From contig NC_003272.1 in NCBI RefSeq assembly GCF_000009705.1, positions 5,310,001 to 5,342,000 on the forward strand: DNA of 32,000 nt, in the 5' to 3' direction. The stretch comes from Nostoc sp. PCC 7120 = FACHB-418 (GTDB lineage Bacteria > Cyanobacteriota > Cyanobacteriia > Cyanobacteriales > Nostocaceae). The position numbers and the translations under genes are program-made. A model generated the notes under the pieces. The model saw nothing but the letters and a program-made list of their open reading frames with translations. It ran no database searches and had not been told where the DNA came from. Positions 1 to 9,007 of this stretch are shown piece after piece. Position 1 is the stretch's first letter, and every line of letters begins with the position of its first letter.

Positions 1-63
1 TTTTCTATTTGTCAAAATTCATCATATTTAAAGAAAATAATCTGTGTTTTATTTGATTAATAT

Positions 64-1017
64 TTACCTTATTTGTAGTTTTCCATTCAGCAAAAATTTG
101 CCAAGATAATTAAATAATAAAAATATGCCCTTAATTTTCCAATACACATTCTTCTCAAACAGAAATATTATTTTTAAATACGATATAAAATCTTGATTAT
201 TAGGACATGGTATTGTTTTTAGCTCATTCAGCGATGTAAAAGCTAATAAAAAAGGTAACTCTAAATTATTTTTTTGCAGGATGTAATTAAATAATGAATT
301 GCGCTTCCAAAATCTCTTATATTCGTAATCTTTATCTGTATTTACAAATTTACTGTTATGAAATTGGTTGTTTTGATGTATTCTGTACCTTACTAAAGGT
401 TGAGATAAATAAAATTTCTTCGCCCCCACTAAAGAAGCTCCCCACACCAAACAATCATCAGCCCTAACGCGCCAATCTTCTGTATTGGGAATAGGTAAAA
501 CTTTCCTCAGGATGTCTCTACGCATTGACAATGTTGAAGTTATAGAGCCAATCCATTCGCCATTACATAAAGTTCTAATGACTGAGTAACCCAAATCTAC
601 ATCTATTTCATAATCTTGAAATGTGCCTTCTACTGCTCCAAATTTTTTATAGGCACAAAATACAAAATCACATTCGCTACGTCTATTATAAAAATTCAGA
701 ACAGTTTCTAAATACTCAGGTTCATAAGCATCATCAGCATCTAAAAAAAAGATGATGTCTCCAGAGGCATTTAAAAAAGCTTCATTGAATGAGGATAATT
801 GACCTTGATTTTTTTCTTTTAATATATATTTAATATCTGCTTGTTGAGCAAATTTAGCGATCACTTCAGCAGAGTTATCTGTAGATGCGTCATCAACAAT
901 AATAATTTCATCAAATTTAACTGTCTGCCGTAAAGTACTAGCAACTGCTTCTGACAGAAATGCTGCGTAATTATAATTATTAATTAAGCAAGACGTTTTG
1001 ATTTTTTTTGTATCCAT
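64..1017 (-). CDS. Family 2 glycosyltransferase (GT-A fold)
   Basis: 317-aa ORF. It has the N-terminal GT2 signature (NYNYAAFLSEAV...FDEIIIVDDASTDNS) and an acidic DxD-type motif (FFLDADDAYEP). Hand-counted GC is roughly 30%, which is lower than the neighbouring genes. Confidence 0.85.
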   Translation of the reverse strand: MDTKKIKTSCLINNYNYAAFLSEAVASTLRQTVKFDEIIIVDDASTDNSAEVIAKFAQQADIKYILKEKNQGQLSSFNEAFLNASGDIIFFLDADDAYEPEYLETVLNFYNRRSECDFVFCAYKKFGAVEGTFQDYEIDVDLGYSVIRTLCNGEWIGSITSTLSMRRDILRKVLPIPNTEDWRVRADDCLVWGASLVGAKKFYLSQPLVRYRIHQNNQFHNSKFVNTDKDYEYKRFWKRNSLFNYILQKNNLELPFLLAFTSLNELKTIPCPNNQDFISYLKIIFLFEKNVYWKIKGIFLLFNYLGKFLLNGKLQIR

Positions 1018-1214
1018 AGGAAAGGGTCTGAAAAGGGAACAAAAAACAAGAACGTTGGTTGATAAAAACCAATTTTTCTGAACTCACAAAAAGACTTTTA
1101 TTATGCTGTATTCAGTTGCAAGCGATTATTCCCATAATTTACTTTTGATATTCTTGTAAAAATGCGAATGGAAATAATCGCCTCAAAAATACTCTGCAAT
1201 ATCCCTACATTACA

Positions 1215-3419
1215 TCAACTTTTTCTAGACAACTTGCTCAAGCTACTAGATAGTGAATCTGGTTCAAGTTGTCTGTATTTTGAGGAATAAATGTAACCGT
1301 TCGGTTCATTTTTAATATTCACTCCATTGATGACTATGCCTAAAACCTTTTGACCAGACTGAGTTAAAAATTCTTTAGCCGCATTAGCACTATTAAAATC
1401 AACTACCCCTGGACGAACAACTAATAAAATGCCATCAGTCAGGGTACTTAACACAGCCGCATCTGCTATGCCTGTTAGGGGTGGTGTATCAAAGATAATA
1501 AAGTCGTAATCCCTAGCAAAGTTACTCATCAATGTGGCCATGCGTTGAGAATCTAACATGGCTACAGGATTAGGTGGTAGAATTCCGCACGGAAGTACCT
1601 CTAAATTTGGCATTACTTCTTGTACTGCTTCATCTAAAGTAACTTGACCAATCAAGACATTGGTTAACCCGATCGCATTAGATAGATCCCAAATATGATG
1701 TTGTATGGGGTGGCGCATATCTGCATCTACCAACAACACCCGACGACCCGCCTGAGCCATAGTTACAGCTAAATTTGCCGATACTTCTGACTTGCCTTCT
1801 TTAGGGACGGAACTGGTGACTACAATACTTTTGAGTGGTTTATCGGAACAGAGGAACTTTAAATTAACTTGTAGTATCTGATATGCGTCACCTAGAGGAA
1901 AGTAAGGGATATCTCTACCAATGATTTTGGGAACAGCTCTATCAAGTCCTGGTATGGGTGTATCGTCTTTACCGTTTCTACCTAATGTGGGGATGACTCC
2001 TAAAACGGTATATCTCAAGACTTCTTTAGCTTCTTTAACAGTCTTAACTGAGCGGTCGATCAAGTCTATACTGAAGGCGGCAATGATACCTAAGAAAATA
2101 CCAGCTACTCCGCCGCCAATAATAAATAGAATTTTGCGCGGCCCCTCTGGGAAATCGGGAATTAAGGCATAGGAAATAACCCGCGCATTAGGAATTTTTT
2201 GGTTTTGGGCAATGTCAATTTCTTGGCGTTTTTTCAGGAGGGTTTCGTAGGTTCCTTGTGCTGCTTGTAGCTTCCGTTCTAACTCTCGTTGATTCTGTTC
2301 GAGTTTTGGTAAATAGTTGGCTCGTTTAATGTACGCCTCTCGTTGTTGCAAGAGTGTACTGATTTGTCTTTCTAAACCAACCCGTTGTGACTCGGCACGA
2401 GTAATATCTGCTATGAGGCTTTGCTTCAATTGCCCAACCTGTAAGCTTCCCTGGGTAACTTGCGCTGTACCTGCTACTTGTCCTGTGCGATCTTTGAGCA
2501 AGTTCTTCAAAACTACAATTTTTTCTTCTAAGCTAGTAATTGCAGGGTGTTCAGCTTCAAAGCGAGTACGTTCAACTGCCAATTTACTTTCTGCTTCTTG
2601 GAGTTCGGCTAGCACTTTTTGGACTCCCGGCGCTTGACTCAATTCAGAGGCGATAACACCTTGTTGTGAGTCAACCTGAGCTTGTGTGCGTAACTGTTCT
2701 AAGCGACCCTTAACGTCGTTGAGTTGTGCTTGTGCTTCAGATATGCGGTTGCTCAGTTTGGAAACAGTATCAACTGCTACGGTTGCTTCCTGTTCTAGAG
2801 CAATGATTTTATTGATTTCTTTAAATATTCGCAGTTCTGATTCGGCTTTTTTGACGCTTGTCTCAGCTTTAGGTATTTCCGCGATGAGGACTTGTTTAGC
2901 TGTTAGTGCTTCGTCTTGATTGGCTTTAATATTTAGGGCGATATAATTGTCAATAACTTTATTGACAACTTTGGCAGCCAGTGCAGGATCATTACTCTTA
3001 TAAGAAAGCTGCACAACATCTGTGCCTTTGATTCCTTCTATCTTTAGTTGTTTGGCGAAAATTCTAATTGATAGTGGTTTGCCATTTTGATCTTTAAGGT
3101 TAAGTGCTTTAATTGTTTGCTGAAGTACTGGATTTGAGCCAATAATTCTCACTTGAGTTTCCAAGGGGTTGTCGTTCACATTCAATGGTTCTAAGCGACC
3201 AATGTCCTGTGGTAAACCAGTGAGTGAGGAAGTACGATTAGTTTTAATCATCACACTTCCTTCTGCTTTGTATGAAGGCTTTTGTGAAAAGGCATACACA
3301 CACCCAAGGGTCAGCGATAGTCCAAAAATTCCTACTACAGCTAACCAACGTCGTTGAAGAACTTCTACGTATTTGTGAATATCTACTTCTTCAAAACCTT
3401 GTAAAGAGTCCATTGTCAT
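1215..3419 (-). CDS. Wzc/EpsB-like polysaccharide co-polymerase with a BY-kinase (tyrosine autokinase) domain
   Basis: 734-aa ORF. An N-terminal TM segment is followed by a long coiled-coil region of the chain-length-determinant type and a second TM (ILFIIGGGVAGIFLGIIAAF). The C-terminal P-loop ATPase has Walker A (PKEGKSE), Walker A' (VLLVDADMRHP) and Walker B (DFIIFDTPP). A short C-terminal tyrosine cluster (GYIYSSKY) is present. Confidence 0.85.
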   Translation of the reverse strand: MTMDSLQGFEEVDIHKYVEVLQRRWLAVVGIFGLSLTLGCVYAFSQKPSYKAEGSVMIKTNRTSSLTGLPQDIGRLEPLNVNDNPLETQVRIIGSNPVLQQTIKALNLKDQNGKPLSIRIFAKQLKIEGIKGTDVVQLSYKSNDPALAAKVVNKVIDNYIALNIKANQDEALTAKQVLIAEIPKAETSVKKAESELRIFKEINKIIALEQEATVAVDTVSKLSNRISEAQAQLNDVKGRLEQLRTQAQVDSQQGVIASELSQAPGVQKVLAELQEAESKLAVERTRFEAEHPAITSLEEKIVVLKNLLKDRTGQVAGTAQVTQGSLQVGQLKQSLIADITRAESQRVGLERQISTLLQQREAYIKRANYLPKLEQNQRELERKLQAAQGTYETLLKKRQEIDIAQNQKIPNARVISYALIPDFPEGPRKILFIIGGGVAGIFLGIIAAFSIDLIDRSVKTVKEAKEVLRYTVLGVIPTLGRNGKDDTPIPGLDRAVPKIIGRDIPYFPLGDAYQILQVNLKFLCSDKPLKSIVVTSSVPKEGKSEVSANLAVTMAQAGRRVLLVDADMRHPIQHHIWDLSNAIGLTNVLIGQVTLDEAVQEVMPNLEVLPCGILPPNPVAMLDSQRMATLMSNFARDYDFIIFDTPPLTGIADAAVLSTLTDGILLVVRPGVVDFNSANAAKEFLTQSGQKVLGIVINGVNIKNEPNGYIYSSKYRQLEPDSLSSSLSKLSRKS

Positions 3420-4331
3420 ATATACAAACTTTTATAAAAAAGACTGTCGAAAGCAGATTATACCAGTGCTTATGCACCATTAACACTGTATTCTACTTAA
3501 CAATATTCATGTGTTCTGTTGACTATCAGGAAACAAATTTTTGGTGGATTTACTCATCAGTTGATATCAACTAACGAACTTTTTATAAAGTGTACTATTT
3601 GGGTTTAACCCATACACAGAACAGAATACAGTACACGATTTTGAATCCTTTGATTGATGAAAGCACCTTCAATACATACAACTCATGCTCTTTTATTTGT
3701 TTAAAGACCTAAAGACAAAGTGACTTTAAAAAAACTGAGCTAAAAGACTATCAACACTTAAACTCCAAAGCACTCAAAAGATTTTTTAGTTGTAATGAAC
3801 ACCTAATTGGTGCTAAATTACCGATGATCGGCAATTTTTTCCTAAAATATAACTAAGGAATACTAGTGAGTTTGTTGATTGATAAGTAAGTTGTTATTCA
3901 CCAAAGATATTCCCTGATATATATGCTTAATCAGTCATATCATACCATGTTTATGTAAAAACACTTAATGAAACAAGTTTACGGAAAATTCATAGATTTT
4001 GTGTTCTACTAGTAATCTCATGAAGCATTGTCTTTCCCTGTTTGTATCCATTCCCAGGGCTTCAGCCTGAGACAGCAAAGTATTGTTAAAAGTTTATATA
4101 TAGGAAAAAGCAAAATTATTTAACGAGAGAATTATTTTTCCCCACACTTGTAGGGTCAGGAAAAGTTTTTATACTTTGGCTATCTCATAGGATTTACGTG
4201 AACAAGCCTGTTAATTAGCCAACGTATCAAATCAAGTTATAGCGATCGCCTTTTTTGTCTTCTCTTCACTAATCGACTAACCGATTGCAGACGTATTGAA
4301 ACATGACTTGTTCCCAAATCGACTCTTTTTT

Positions 4332-7300
4332 CTATCCCTTATTTATCCGGCAGAAATCGGTTGTCAAACCTAAACTGTGGTGCGTTATTTTAGTTGCTTC
4401 GGCAGTCAAAACCAAATTTCCTTGGGCATCATAAACCCAGCCTTGAGCCTCAACAATAGTATCAGCAGTAGTGTTTTCCTCTTTGGCGAAATCAGTTTCT
4501 TTGTGAGCAACACTATTGACATCATTAATAGTTACCCAATCCGTAATTACCGCACTGTTATCGAAGATTTCATAGGGATTTATCGGTATACCACCTCGTC
4601 CAGTAATAATAAATTGATTTTGTCTCTGTGCCGTCGCCTCATCAATCCGGCATTGTTGAGAAATTTGATTAGACACATCAACCGCCTCTGATGGGAGTTG
4701 GCTTAAACTTTGACTAGGGTCTACATCAGGGGTAGTAATTTCCACCGCACCGCTTAACTCAGGGTTAGCGCCAGTAGCAGTAATATCGCTATTAGGGGTA
4801 CGTTGATTGCGAAATTTGGTGCCAAAAATATTTTGAGCATTAATGTTGATTCGACCACCACGAAAATCAGCAGAATTAGCACTAATATCACTATTTTGAA
4901 TAGCAACTAGAGTGTTAGTATCAATGTCTATATTGCCGCCAATGACATTATTCCCTGTGGCGTTAGTGGTGATGTTACTGCCACGAGATAGAATGAGATT
5001 GTGCGATCGCAGATTGATATTTGCTTGCGATCGCTTAGGGTCACTTCCATTATCACGAGTATCAGCACTGATAAAAGCTTGATCATCCAATCTGATTCTA
5101 CGAGCATTAATATTTAAGTTGCCTGCACTCCCCTTACCACTACTCTGCACTGCTATCCCACCTCCCTGCTGAACATCCAATAGATCCGCGTTCACTGTGA
5201 GTTTACCAGCGCTACCAGTAGAGTTTGCCGTCGCTACAGTAAACAAGCCACTAGAGAACGAAGCATCAGCAGCAGTACCGATTAGTTTGATATCAGAAGC
5301 TTGGACAAACAAATCTCCACCTTTACCTGCCCCGAAAGTGCTAGCACTAACTTGTGCGCCATCACGTACCACTAATGTGGAGGTATCAATCTTTAAACTA
5401 CCAGCATCTCCTGTTGCATAACGATTAGCTTGAGCAAACAAGCCACTGGCAATATTCCTCCGAGAAACACCAATTAGTTTTATCCCCTCAGCAGCCTGCA
5501 CAAATAAATTACCACCCTGAGCCGTACCAAAAGTACTAACACTGACTTGCGCCCCATCTTTTACTAATAAATTACCAGTGACAATTGTCAAAGATCCCGC
5601 ATTTCCTGTAGCTGAAGAACCAGATCTCGTGAACAAACCACTAGCAACCCCATTAACAGCAGTACCAATCAATTCCACCTTATCAGTAGCATTGATCATT
5701 AAATCTCCGCCTTGACCTGCTGAAAAAGTATCAGCACTAATTCGCCCTCCATTTTGTGCTGTTAACTCACCAGTGTTAATCGTGATCATGCCAGCATCAC
5801 CGGAAGAAACTGAGTCAGTAAATATACCACTAGGTAAACTATCTCTGCGTAATACACCTGTTATCAACAACTCTTTTAAGGGACCGGCAGTTCTAGGTAC
5901 TTGCTCATCTAGCTCTGAATCATTAGGCCAGTTCCCAGGAATTGTACCCTTAGGAGAAGTACCAATTATTCCCACCTTATCAGTAGCATTTACAGTCAAG
6001 TTTCCGCTTTTACCGACACTCAAATTTCTGGCAATTACCTGCGCCCCATCTTCAATTCGTAACACACGAGTATTAATTGTCAGGTCTCCAGTCTTGCCAT
6101 CACCATCAGTTTGAGTAAACACACCGCTAGGATATATTTCGTCAAATGAATTACCCCGCAAAGTTACTGAATCTGAGGCATTAATAGTTAAACTAGCTTT
6201 TGTCTGCACATTACGAGGAATAATGCCGGAAAATGCAGTAGAAGAATTAGTAATAATTTGTGAACCATTATCGACTAATAAATACCCCGTATTAATTGTT
6301 AAATTCCCACTGGATACGTCACCATCTGAAGCTGTGGCATAGATGCGACTGGGAACACCTTTGATATCACTTGTCAGTTGCACCGAATCTGAAGCATTTA
6401 CCTCCAAATTACCGTTATTTATACTAATAAAAGATTGATTGTTTAGTAATAAATTACGAGTATTAATAACGTGATTTCCTGGCGAATTATAGGGAACTCC
6501 AGTATCAATTGCACTTCTACCCGTTAACTCAACCCTCTCCTGGGCATTGACTGTTAGATTATTAAACACATTCAAGGACGCATCTTGAATGACAATATTT
6601 TTCCCAGTAAGATTAAGGTCGCCTAAACTATTAATATTAGTGCCTGAATATAGTCGAATATCGCCCAATTCAGATGTCTTGTCAAATTTAAACAAGAAGC
6701 CTGAACTGACTGATTCAATACCTACTAAGGCTGCTGATGAGACACCACCTATTTCTATCCTGCCTTCCGACTTTATAGTGCTAAGATTAGCGTTTCCTAA
6801 AATAACATTGCCACCAATTAACGCTAAAGTTTGACTGCCTTGAACTTGTAGCGTACTAGGCTGATATATTGATTCTCCTTGTAACTGAATGCTGCCAGAA
6901 TTAGCTCCATATTGCAAACCAATAGGAGTTGTGACATTGAGTAAGGGTGTAACACTTGAAGGTTTAGTGATAAACTCTCCACCCTCAGCAAATCTGACAC
7001 TATCAGCAGTACTAGCAACAAAAGAACCTTGAATATTTAACTGAGCATTAGTCCCGAAAATAATGCCATTGGGATTAATGAGAAATAGATTAACTCTACT
7101 TCTAGCTGTGATTAAACCATCAATCTTTGATACTTCTCCACCAGTAACCCGACTAAAGATATTTTGAATATTTTCAGTACTATTAAAGTAAGCATTTTGA
7201 CTCTTGAGTAAGGAAAATTTGCTAAAACTATGAAATAGATTGCTGCCTATTGCTGTTCCGCCGTCAATGAAGAATGTAGTATCATTCTCTTTACCGATAG

Positions 7301-7433
7301 TAACAGTAACATTAGTATTGTTAGGTAGTGTACTATCTTGAATAATTTCAGCGTTGCTAGGATGCTCAATGCCAGTTATTGCACCTACGCCTAAAATGAT
7401 AGAGATGCCTATTTTGATGCAATGATGGCTCAT
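4332..7433 (-). CDS. Filamentous-hemagglutinin-like protein with an N-terminal TPS (haemagglutination activity) domain, TpsA-like
   Basis: 1033-aa ORF with a signal-like N-terminus. The TPS domain covers about aa 40-140 (GGTAIGSNLFHSFSKFSL ... NIFSRVTGGEVSKIDGLI ... NLFLINPNGIIFG). It is followed by Gly/Asn/Thr-rich repeats of the beta-helix type and a non-repetitive C-terminal domain of about 110 aa. Confidence 0.85.
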   Translation of the reverse strand: MSHHCIKIGISIILGVGAITGIEHPSNAEIIQDSTLPNNTNVTVTIGKENDTTFFIDGGTAIGSNLFHSFSKFSLLKSQNAYFNSTENIQNIFSRVTGGEVSKIDGLITARSRVNLFLINPNGIIFGTNAQLNIQGSFVASTADSVRFAEGGEFITKPSSVTPLLNVTTPIGLQYGANSGSIQLQGESIYQPSTLQVQGSQTLALIGGNVILGNANLSTIKSEGRIEIGGVSSAALVGIESVSSGFLFKFDKTSELGDIRLYSGTNINSLGDLNLTGKNIVIQDASLNVFNNLTVNAQERVELTGRSAIDTGVPYNSPGNHVINTRNLLLNNQSFISINNGNLEVNASDSVQLTSDIKGVPSRIYATASDGDVSSGNLTINTGYLLVDNGSQIITNSSTAFSGIIPRNVQTKASLTINASDSVTLRGNSFDEIYPSGVFTQTDGDGKTGDLTINTRVLRIEDGAQVIARNLSVGKSGNLTVNATDKVGIIGTSPKGTIPGNWPNDSELDEQVPRTAGPLKELLITGVLRRDSLPSGIFTDSVSSGDAGMITINTGELTAQNGGRISADTFSAGQGGDLMINATDKVELIGTAVNGVASGLFTRSGSSATGNAGSLTIVTGNLLVKDGAQVSVSTFGTAQGGNLFVQAAEGIKLIGVSRRNIASGLFAQANRYATGDAGSLKIDTSTLVVRDGAQVSASTFGAGKGGDLFVQASDIKLIGTAADASFSSGLFTVATANSTGSAGKLTVNADLLDVQQGGGIAVQSSGKGSAGNLNINARRIRLDDQAFISADTRDNGSDPKRSQANINLRSHNLILSRGSNITTNATGNNVIGGNIDIDTNTLVAIQNSDISANSADFRGGRININAQNIFGTKFRNQRTPNSDITATGANPELSGAVEITTPDVDPSQSLSQLPSEAVDVSNQISQQCRIDEATAQRQNQFIITGRGGIPINPYEIFDNSAVITDWVTINDVNSVAHKETDFAKEENTTADTIVEAQGWVYDAQGNLVLTAEATKITHHSLGLTTDFCRINKG
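5064..6326 (-). repeat. Coding tandem repeats of about 65 aa inside the TpsA-like gene
   Basis: The repeated pattern is G[DN]AGSLTI.T..L.V.DGAQVS.STFG.G.GG.LFV.A....LIG......SGLF. It is clearest at aa 545-609, 610-674, 675-739 and 740-790, with weaker copies from about aa 370. Coordinates are approximate. Confidence 0.6.
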
Positions 7434-7680
7434 CTTTGCTCGTATTCGTAAGTGGTGAATAAAAAATTAGTATACTCTCATATAGGAATATGATTTGATT
7501 TTTACAAAAAAATTAAGTATTTTTAGATTAAATAAGGTGAAGATAACATACCAAGCAAGTCTTGAGTAACCATTAACTAACCACCTACATATATTTTAAA
7601 AATCAATTATCAATCTTATGATCTAATATGTATTAGCTAGTTAGTATAGCTGCATATTTGTTGTTTTTAGTTTAATAAGA

Positions 7681-7712
7681 AAAATCCTCACCAACAAGGG
7701 GATGAGGATTTT
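7681..7712 (-). terminator. Candidate intrinsic terminator downstream of the DUF1868 gene
   Basis: The hairpin is AAAATCCTCA (7681-7690) / TGAGGATTTT (7703-7712) with a 12-nt loop. It has an A-run on one side and a T-run on the other, and lies about 90 nt past the stop at 7805. The stem is AT-rich, so support is moderate. Confidence 0.4.
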
Positions 7713-7804
7713 GTTAATTGCATAATGATTGACTATTGATGAAGAACTAATGACGCGCCCAAGACCGTGAACGTTTTTCTCAAAGTCTCATGCTCAAAGC
7801 AAAA

Positions 7805-8593
7805 TTAAAAATTCAAGCTTGGCCAGTCTGGCTGACGATAATAGCGTGTCATATCGTCAAATTTTCGCAATTCTACACGGCTAATCAGAAATTCTGGCGT
7901 ATTTAACAGCCATTTTTGACTCAACTCAGATAGTGTATCACTAAATTTTGTTCTATCTAAATCTGATGAAACCTCCCCAAAATAACCTAATGTTATATGA
8001 GCAGTAAGATGATAATGTTGCTCGATACCCAAGGCTATTAATTTGGGATTCTGGTAAATTGTGCGGCGGAATTTAATGACCTGTTCATAACAACGTTCAT
8101 CTTTCGGTACTAAACAAACAGCAACAGCCCTGGGCATGAGAATCAATCCCAACATCTGCCAATAAATCGGATTACTCCCTGATGTTAGAGATTCTTGATA
8201 TTGCTGTAATGTATCACCTATACAAGAGCGTAATTGTTGCTCAAAGTCAGGATTTTTTTCACAGGCATCACAGTAAGCACTGTCCCAAATCAAATCGGCC
8301 AAAGTCAAATGGAAGCTTGCGGGAGGTACAGGAACTATCAAACCATTGTTGATAGGTAACTGTAACAGTTCTTCTTGATAAGCTTGTACCTGAGTATAAA
8401 AACCAGAATTTTCCGAATCTTCTGCCGCCGATGGAGTAATTATGGTGTACCCAGGAAAAGGTACTGCTTGCCTAGATCCCGAAGAAGGCTGAAACTTATA
8501 TGATTCCTGAATATGCTGGGCTTGGGATCTCAATGCTTCTGGTAGCGTCAGTCTTGCTACCCGATTTAGGTAAGTTTGATAGTTATCGTCCAA
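7805..8593 (-). CDS. 2H phosphoesterase superfamily protein (DUF1868-like)
   Basis: 262-aa ORF with two H-x-T-x motifs in the arrangement typical of 2H phosphoesterases: SFHLTLADL and TAHITLGYF. Confidence 0.7.
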   Translation of the reverse strand: MDDNYQTYLNRVARLTLPEALRSQAQHIQESYKFQPSSGSRQAVPFPGYTIITPSAAEDSENSGFYTQVQAYQEELLQLPINNGLIVPVPPASFHLTLADLIWDSAYCDACEKNPDFEQQLRSCIGDTLQQYQESLTSGSNPIYWQMLGLILMPRAVAVCLVPKDERCYEQVIKFRRTIYQNPKLIALGIEQHYHLTAHITLGYFGEVSSDLDRTKFSDTLSELSQKWLLNTPEFLISRVELRKFDDMTRYYRQPDWPSLNF

Positions 8594-9007
8594 TCTTCAT
8601 TGCCTCGCATTCTCACTTGATAGATTTTAAGAAAAATTACACAACTTAACAGACTGATTTAAAAGGTAGTTAGTTTTTTTCTTAAAGTCATGTTATCAGT
8701 AGAGGTCATGAATTCCCCACCCTTCCATCCTCTCATAACAATTTTGCTTTGCTCAACTACTAAAAACTTTGGTACTTCCTATGCTAAGTATAATTACAAA
8801 CACAACTGTGTAACTCTACTTAACGGTTAATATAGGGTTCCTGTTTGCTTTTGAACATTTACGTAAGAAATTGTCCATCACAACCCTAAAAGGGCTGGCA
8901 CTGTCTACCCCAACATTGAGGCATAAATATAGGGGAGACTACGCTATGGAGAATCAAACTAGCTTGCTATAACAGTTGTTTAATTTGAATATTCATCAAC
9001 AGCCAAT

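Noticed and set aside
1122-1181. Inverted repeat GCGATTATTCCCA / TGGAAATAATCGC downstream of the Wzc-like gene as a terminator
   Set aside because: The loop is 34 nt, the stem has one mismatch, and no U-run follows on the minus strand. The evidence is weak.
1921-3357. Plus-strand ORFs 1921..2172, 2317..2637, 2686..2919 and 3169..3357 inside the Wzc-like gene
   Set aside because: They are antisense shadow ORFs wholly within a well-supported 734-aa gene. Their translations are Cys/Ser/Arg-rich, low-complexity and carry no motifs.
3272-3574. 100-aa plus-strand ORF overlapping the Wzc start and the AT-rich spacer
   Set aside because: It overlaps the 5' end of the real gene on the opposite strand and continues into AT-rich non-coding DNA. 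It has no recognisable motif and no ribosome-binding site.
4332-4700. The idea that the TpsA C-terminus is a CdiA-type polymorphic toxin with a downstream immunity gene
   Set aside because: There is no VENN-type demarcation motif. There is also no ORF downstream, because 912 bp of ORF-free DNA follows on that strand. From memory, the C-terminal sequence (FIITGRGGIP ... EAQGWVYDAQGNLVLTA) is conserved in cyanobacterial homologues rather than variable.
4377-7021. Several ORFs of 65-113 aa on either strand within the TpsA-like gene (4377..4691, 5197..5421, 5773..6114, 6589..6834, 6824..7021)
   Set aside because: They are shadow or out-of-frame ORFs produced by the repetitive, stop-poor coding sequence of the 1033-aa gene.
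8708-8830. 40-aa ORF (MNSPPFHPLITILLCSTTKNFG...) in the divergent spacer
   Set aside because: The GAGG is only about 2-3 nt from the ATG. The ORF has no recognisable motif, and conservation cannot be assessed here.
3420-9007. NtcA-type GTA-N8-TAC sites in the long intergenic regions (3420-4331, 7434-7804, 8594-9007, and also 22403-22702)
   Set aside because: I scanned by eye and found no exact match. Near-misses such as GTA-N8-ATA at about 7447 are too common in AT-rich DNA to report.
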